46,527 nt of DNA. It comes from an uncultured Actinomycetes bacterium (GTDB lineage Bacteria; Actinomycetota; Actinomycetes; Nanopelagicales; Nanopelagicaceae). Location of the stretch: NCBI GenBank assembly GCA_903890345.1, contig CAITAV010000071.1, positions 1 to 46,527 on the forward strand, given 5' to 3'. Below, in pieces: positions 41,597-46,527 of this stretch. Positions within the stretch are counted from its first letter, which is position 1. Every line of letters starts with the position of its first letter. Below the pieces are notes generated by a model, which was not told where the DNA came from, did not search any database, and was given only the letters and a program-made list of their open reading frames with translations. The position numbers and the translations under genes were made by a program.

Positions 41597-43179
41597 CAGC
41601 ACGTGAACGTATTGCAGGCAATGTCGCTAACTACGTAGATGAGCGAACAGGTGCTGCGGCGTGGATGAAGAAAAACCTCAATAAGGTTTTCCCTGATCAC
41701 TGGTCATTCTTGCTTGGTGAAATTGCGCTGTATTCATTTATTATTTTGTTGCTTTCTGGAACGTTCTTAACTTTCTGGTTTGATCCTTCCCAACGTGAAG
41801 TTGTTTACGAAGGTGCATATCAACCTCTCTCTGGCTTAAAGATGTCAGCGGCCTACGCATCAACACTGCACATTTCATTTGAAGTTCGCGGCGGATTACT
41901 TATGCGCCAGATTCACCACTGGGCTGCACTTTTCTTTATGGTCGCAATCGTTGTGCACTTACTTCGTGTCTATTTCACTGGCGCCTTTCGCAAGCCACGA
42001 GAATTTAACTGGATCATCGGTGTTGGACTTCTAACTCTTGGAATTGTTGAAGGATTCCTCGGATACTCACTTCCAGATGACCTGCTATCAGGTACTGGAA
42101 TTCGAATAGCAGAGGCAATTATTCAAGCCGTTCCTGTTGTTGGTACGTACATAGCCTTCTTTGCCTTCGGTGGAGCATTCCCGGGAGAAGCATTTATTCC
42201 GCGAATATTTACCGTTCACGTTCTATTGCTTCCAGGTATTTTCTTAGCGCTAATCACAGTGCACTTAATGTTGGTTTGGTACCAGAAGCACACTCAATAC
42301 CCAGGTCCTGGTCGCACAGAAAAAAATGTTGTTGGCTATCCACTATTTCCTGTCTACATGGCTAAAGCTGGTGGCTTCTTTTTCATCGTCTTTGGTGTAA
42401 CAACATTTATCGCAGCTGTTGCATCCATTAACCCGATTTGGTTATACGGTCCATATACACCTGGTCAGATTTCAGCCGGTTCTCAACCCGATTGGTACAT
42501 GGGATGGCTAGATGGATTAGTTCGTATGGCCCCTCCACTTGAAACGCACGCATTTGGTCACACTATTTCCTGGAACATCCTCATTCCAGGGCTTATCGTT
42601 CCTGGCATCATGTTTACTGGTTTGGCGCTCTATCCGTTTATCGAAAGTTGGATCACTGGCGACAAACGTGAGCATCACTTACTTGATCGTCCACGAAACG
42701 TTCCAAATCGCACCGCGACAGGTGCAATGGCACTTACCTTCACATTAGTTGCTCTGATCAATGGCGGAAACGACATCATCGCTCAACAATTCCATTTAAG
42801 CATCAACCAAATCATGTGGTTTAGCCGTATCGGAATCATTGTTTTGCCACCTATTGCATTTGTTATCACCAAACGCATATGTATTTCTCTACAACGCGCC
42901 GACCGCGAACTAGTGCTGCACGGTAAAGAGACTGGTCGCTTGGTCAGACTTGCGCACGGAGAGTTCATTGAAGTTCACGAAGAAATTTCGCCTGAGAAGA
43001 AGTGGCTCCTTACCTCTCATGAGCAAAGTGGTCCTTTGGAATTACCAGAAATTGATAAGGCTGGTGTCCGCCGCACGGATGCGATTCGTAACAAGATTCG
43101 TTCACGTATGAGCGTTGCTAACGCTGAAGTAGCTCCAAAGGTTTCGGCCCAAGATCTCAAAGAGATCGAGCATCACTAA
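41593..43179 (+). CDS. qcrB: Cytochrome bcc cytochrome b subunit
   Basis: Start at 41593 (ATGA overlap); FPDHWSF.LGE, RQIHHWAA, GAFRKPRE.NW, QPDWY. Confidence 0.97.
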   Translation: MTARERIAGNVANYVDERTGAAAWMKKNLNKVFPDHWSFLLGEIALYSFIILLLSGTFLTFWFDPSQREVVYEGAYQPLSGLKMSAAYASTLHISFEVRGGLLMRQIHHWAALFFMVAIVVHLLRVYFTGAFRKPREFNWIIGVGLLTLGIVEGFLGYSLPDDLLSGTGIRIAEAIIQAVPVVGTYIAFFAFGGAFPGEAFIPRIFTVHVLLLPGIFLALITVHLMLVWYQKHTQYPGPGRTEKNVVGYPLFPVYMAKAGGFFFIVFGVTTFIAAVASINPIWLYGPYTPGQISAGSQPDWYMGWLDGLVRMAPPLETHAFGHTISWNILIPGLIVPGIMFTGLALYPFIESWITGDKREHHLLDRPRNVPNRTATGAMALTFTLVALINGGNDIIAQQFHLSINQIMWFSRIGIIVLPPIAFVITKRICISLQRADRELVLHGKETGRLVRLAHGEFIEVHEEISPEKKWLLTSHEQSGPLELPEIDKAGVRRTDAIRNKIRSRMSVANAEVAPKVSAQDLKEIEHH

Positions 43180-43817
43180 AAAATAATTAGTGCCGCGATA
43201 GCTATCAACGCTCCAGCTATCGCGATTGATCCAGATTTACCTACTCTTTGCGGTAACCCTCTAATTTCACTTTCACGATCTTGATCCATGTCTTTAATAA
43301 CATTTATAAAGTGTGCTGCGCACCCAAGGATCGCTCCCCCAAGCCACATCCATACCGGTGGAGTGATTGATTTAGATATTGCAATACATGAAGGCAGGGC
43401 AGCAAAAGCAATCGCAAAAGGAAGTGGTGAGAGCACATTGAATTTAAAATAAAAGTTATAGGCAACGCCAAAACCAATTCCAAGCCAGTACAGAAGCCCA
43501 CCTTTAATGCCTAATGGCCCCAAGATATTTACTACAAATGAAAATGGCACCATAAAAGTTAACCACTTACGTAAATACTCTTTTGAAATCAATCCAGAGA
43601 CAAGTGGCTTATTGCTTCGCCCATGGCGTTGATCATCTGCAAAGTCATAGAGATCATTGCTCCAGCCAACAACTAATTGGCCTGTAAATACGGTAAAGGC
43701 AATCACATATGCGGGGCCTTCCCACCAATAGTGCACGCCGAATACAAAAGCGATGCTGGTGACAATTAATGTAGGTAGGAAATGAGCGGCTTGTAAAAGA
43801 CCGCGAATTCTTTTCAT
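43176..43817 (-). CDS. UbiA-family prenyltransferase
   Basis: GQL..GWSNDLYDFADD...R..KPL.SG (NDxxDxxxD) and HF.N..KD...D...I.GLP; multi-TM. Confidence 0.85.
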   Translation of the reverse strand: MKRIRGLLQAAHFLPTLIVTSIAFVFGVHYWWEGPAYVIAFTVFTGQLVVGWSNDLYDFADDQRHGRSNKPLVSGLISKEYLRKWLTFMVPFSFVVNILGPLGIKGGLLYWLGIGFGVAYNFYFKFNVLSPLPFAIAFAALPSCIAISKSITPPVWMWLGGAILGCAAHFINVIKDMDQDRESEIRGLPQRVGKSGSIAIAGALIAIAALIIF

Positions 43818-43841
43818 GATCGACTGCTTAGGCGATTAAAA

Positions 43842-44246
43842 CTAGTGATTTGAGGAGGTTAAAGGCTTCTCGTACTCAGTTACCCAACCGATTACGCAGA
43901 TAACCAATGCGCTAATTGCGATAAGCGTGAACCACCAACCGATGATTAGTCCCAGACCTGTTGCAACAGCCGACATGCCAGTTGGAAGTGGCCACCATGA
44001 GTGAGGGCTAAAGAATCCTAGTTCTCCCGCACCATCTGCAATTTCGGCATCAGTATTATCTTCTGGAAGTATCTTTCCAATTCGTTTTTGAGTAAACCAA
44101 ATATAGAAACCAACCATGCCAGCTAAGCACCCTGAAAGTAGCAAGCCTGTAATGCCAAGTGCCTCGCCATTTACTTGCCAATACACGATGGTGATGATGA
44201 AGTAAAAAATTGATAGACCAACAAAGAGCATCCAATTAGTTTTCAT
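43842..44246 (-). CDS. ctaF: Cytochrome c oxidase subunit 4
   Basis: PED...AEIADGAGELGFFSPHSWWPL, three TMs, EY near the C-terminus. Confidence 0.94.
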   Translation of the reverse strand: MKTNWMLFVGLSIFYFIITIVYWQVNGEALGITGLLLSGCLAGMVGFYIWFTQKRIGKILPEDNTDAEIADGAGELGFFSPHSWWPLPTGMSAVATGLGLIIGWWFTLIAISALVICVIGWVTEYEKPLTSSNH

Positions 44247-44251
44247 GAAAC

Positions 44252-45910
44252 TTAGTGCCCTTCAGTTTTGATGTGTGGATGGTGCAGATCAAATGCTGGT
44301 CGCTCACTTGAAATGCGAGGCATTGAAGTGAAGTTATGGCGCGGTGGTGGACACGATGTTGCCCATTCAAGGGATGATCCGTAACCCCAAGGATCATCGA
44401 CGCCCACAAGCGGACTCTTGCGTGTGATCCAGACGTTAATAAAGAACGGAATCATCGAAAGTGCCAACAGGAATGAACCAATAGTTGAAACAGTGTTCAT
44501 AAATGTAAAGCCATCAGTTGGTAAGTAATCCGCATAACGTCGTGGGAAACCCTTAATACCTAGCCAGTGCTGAATTAAGAATGTTAAGTGGAAGCCAAAG
44601 AAAAGTGTCCAGAAGTGAATCTTTCCTAGGCGCTCATTAAGCATGCGCCCCGTCATCTTTGGCCACCAGAAATAGAAACCAGCGAACATCGCAAAGACCA
44701 CTGTTCCAAAGAGTACGTAGTGGAAGTGCGCAACCACGAAGTAAGACGCTGAAACAGCGAAATCAAGTGGCGGTGAAGCCAAGATAATTCCTGTTAAGCC
44801 ACCGAATAAGAATGTTACGAGGAATCCCATTACCCAGAGCATTGGAGTTTCAAATGTTACGTGACCTCGCCACATTGTTCCGATCCAGTTAAAGAACTTA
44901 ACGCCAGTTGGAACGCCGATAAGAAATGTCATGAATGAGAAGAATGGGAGTAATACCTGTCCACTTGCGAACATATGGTGAGCCCAGACAGATACCGATA
45001 ACGCCGCGATTGCGATCGTTGCAGCAATTAAGCCTTTGTAACCAAAGATTGGCTTTCGGCTAAATACAGGCAAAATTTCTGTCGCAATTCCAAAGAATGG
45101 AAGTGCCAAGATATAAACCTCCGGGTGGCCAAAGAACCAGAAAAGATGTTGCCACAGCATTGCGCCGCCATTGGCCGGATCAAATAGATGTGTTCCGTAC
45201 AAACGATCGGATTCAAGTCCTAAGAATGCAACAGCCAAAGGTGGAAATGCCAGTAATACCAAGATAGAAGTAAGCAAAACGTTCCAGGAGAAAATCGACA
45301 TGCGAAACATCGTCATACCAGGAGCGCGCATTGTAAAAATTGTTGTTATGAAGTTAACAGCTCCCAGAATTGTTCCGATACCACCAACTGCGAGACCAAC
45401 AATCCATAGATCTGCGCCAATTCCTGGTGAGTACACAGAATTAGAAAGTGGTGCATATGCAGTCCAACCAAAAGAAGCCGCACCGCCAGGAGTTAAGAAT
45501 CCAGCAAAGACCATAATTCCAGAGAAAAGATAGAGCCAGTAGGAAAGCATGTTTAAGCGAGGAAACGCCACATCTGCGGCTCCAATTTGCAACGGCATGA
45601 TTACATTTGCAAACCCAACAAAGAGTGGTGTTGCAAATAGCAACAACATAATTGTTCCGTGCATTGTAAATATTTGGTTGTACTGCTCATTACTTAAAAA
45701 TTGTAATCCTGGACGAGCTAATTCAGAACGAAGTAGTAGAGCTAAGAATCCACCGATGAGAAACCACGCAAAAGTAGTAATCAGATACATATAACCAATG
45801 CGCTTGTGATCAGTCGTCGTAACCCACTTAACGAATGCATGTCCTTTACGGGTTGGCTTTAAGCCTTCCGTCGGTAACTTCAGCGCTGGACGCTCTGCAT
45901 AAGTTGTCAT
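44252..45910 (-). CDS. ctaD: Cytochrome c oxidase subunit I (A1 type)
   Basis: TDHK.IG, TMHG, D-channel [21 protein letters not shown]-channel PTGVK, AHFHY, PRR. Confidence 0.98.
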   Translation of the reverse strand: MTTYAERPALKLPTEGLKPTRKGHAFVKWVTTTDHKRIGYMYLITTFAWFLIGGFLALLLRSELARPGLQFLSNEQYNQIFTMHGTIMLLLFATPLFVGFANVIMPLQIGAADVAFPRLNMLSYWLYLFSGIMVFAGFLTPGGAASFGWTAYAPLSNSVYSPGIGADLWIVGLAVGGIGTILGAVNFITTIFTMRAPGMTMFRMSIFSWNVLLTSILVLLAFPPLAVAFLGLESDRLYGTHLFDPANGGAMLWQHLFWFFGHPEVYILALPFFGIATEILPVFSRKPIFGYKGLIAATIAIAALSVSVWAHHMFASGQVLLPFFSFMTFLIGVPTGVKFFNWIGTMWRGHVTFETPMLWVMGFLVTFLFGGLTGIILASPPLDFAVSASYFVVAHFHYVLFGTVVFAMFAGFYFWWPKMTGRMLNERLGKIHFWTLFFGFHLTFLIQHWLGIKGFPRRYADYLPTDGFTFMNTVSTIGSFLLALSMIPFFINVWITRKSPLVGVDDPWGYGSSLEWATSCPPPRHNFTSMPRISSERPAFDLHHPHIKTEGH

Positions 45911-46527
45911 GCTGTGCTCGCCTTCAGAGTCTCTAGATAACTCTCGTATTCCGATGGGGTTACAACTTTTACGCTAAAAATCATCTGTGTGTGATTGCGG
46001 CCGCACAAAATATTGCAACGACCTGGATAAGTACCCAACTTATTGGCGGTGAATTCAAGCTTGTTCGTTACCCCAGGAAGATTTTGCATTTGGATCATGA
46101 AAGCTGGAATCCAGAAACCATGCACAACATCATTGGACGTAATTGTGAATCGAACTTTTTCACCTTGTGGCAGATACAGAGTCGGTGGTTGTGCAGGTGT
46201 GCCAGTTACTACAGCGTCAGGTCCAGCTTCGGAATACCCGAATTGCCAAGACCATTGAATACCTTCAACCGAAATCTCGTGAGCAGGTCCCGTAGTTTTA
46301 GCAGTAATCACATTTTGCGCTTGCAATGTGTACACAAAAAGCACCGCAACAATAATAAATGGAATTACAGTGTAAAGAATTTCAACGGGAACGTTGTACT
46401 GAGTTTGCTTTGGAAATTCTGGTGAGTCTTTTTTGAGGCGATGAAAAATCGCAGGCCACACAATTAAAATGAAAGTGATTACTCCGACTACGCCAGCTGC
46501 AATCCATGCACCTTGCCACAGAGATAA
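45907..46527 (-). CDS. ctaC: Cytochrome c oxidase subunit II (5' end beyond the window)
   Basis: Frame open to the edge ([10 protein letters not shown]...); P.Q..YN.P.E..YT..P, QWSW.F, DVVHGFW.P, CuA motif [10 protein letters not shown]. Confidence 0.95.
   Translation of the reverse strand, partial: LSLWQGAWIAAGVVGVITFILIVWPAIFHRLKKDSPEFPKQTQYNVPVEILYTVIPFIIVAVLFVYTLQAQNVITAKTTGPAHEISVEGIQWSWQFGYSEAGPDAVVTGTPAQPPTLYLPQGEKVRFTITSNDVVHGFWIPAFMIQMQNLPGVTNKLEFTANKLGTYPGRCNILCGRNHTQMIFSVKVVTPSEYESYLETLKASTA

Noticed and set aside
1-46527. CRISPR arrays, IS elements, prophage, defence systems, T-box leaders
   Set aside because: No spaced direct repeats, transposase/integrase/phage motifs or defence domains seen; the synthetase genes have leaders too short for T-boxes.

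Overview
A gene-dense, moderately AT-rich (roughly mid-40s % GC by eye) chromosomal segment of a streamlined actinobacterium. Gene content, tiny or overlapping intergenic spaces and protein similarity point to the freshwater acI / Ca. Nanopelagicales type; this is an inference, not a database result. It is almost all core housekeeping in canonical actinobacterial order: pyrR (5' end)-bldD-like-nusB-efp-aroQ/B/K/C-prepilin peptidase-aroE-mltG-ruvX-alaS-DUF948-aspS-hisS-MBL-DUF349-rel-secFD-ruvBAC-yebC-pdxTS-DUF3048-PIM genes (pimA, patA, pgsA)-HIT-thrS-pabC/pabB-like, tRNA-Gly/Cys/Val, a few accessory genes, trpD, and the cytochrome bcc-aa3 genes (ctaE, qcrCAB, ctaF, ctaD, partial ctaC). I saw no CRISPR array, transposase, integrase or prophage gene. 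The most interesting signals are: (1) a BldD orthologue with an intact RxD-X8-RxxD c-di-GMP motif in a presumably non-sporulating streamlined organism; (2) an intact 194-aa remnant of EF-G2 that has lost its P-loop but keeps its own promoter at the usual EF-G2 locus; (3) paired loss of the Mg/Mn-site ligands in cytochrome oxidase subunits I and II; (4) pervasive leaderless promoter architecture, including back-to-back divergent promoters and a candidate leaderless 8-aa uORF ahead of the hisS-aspS operon; (5) a PyrR-binding hairpin sequestering the pyrR ribosome-binding site.
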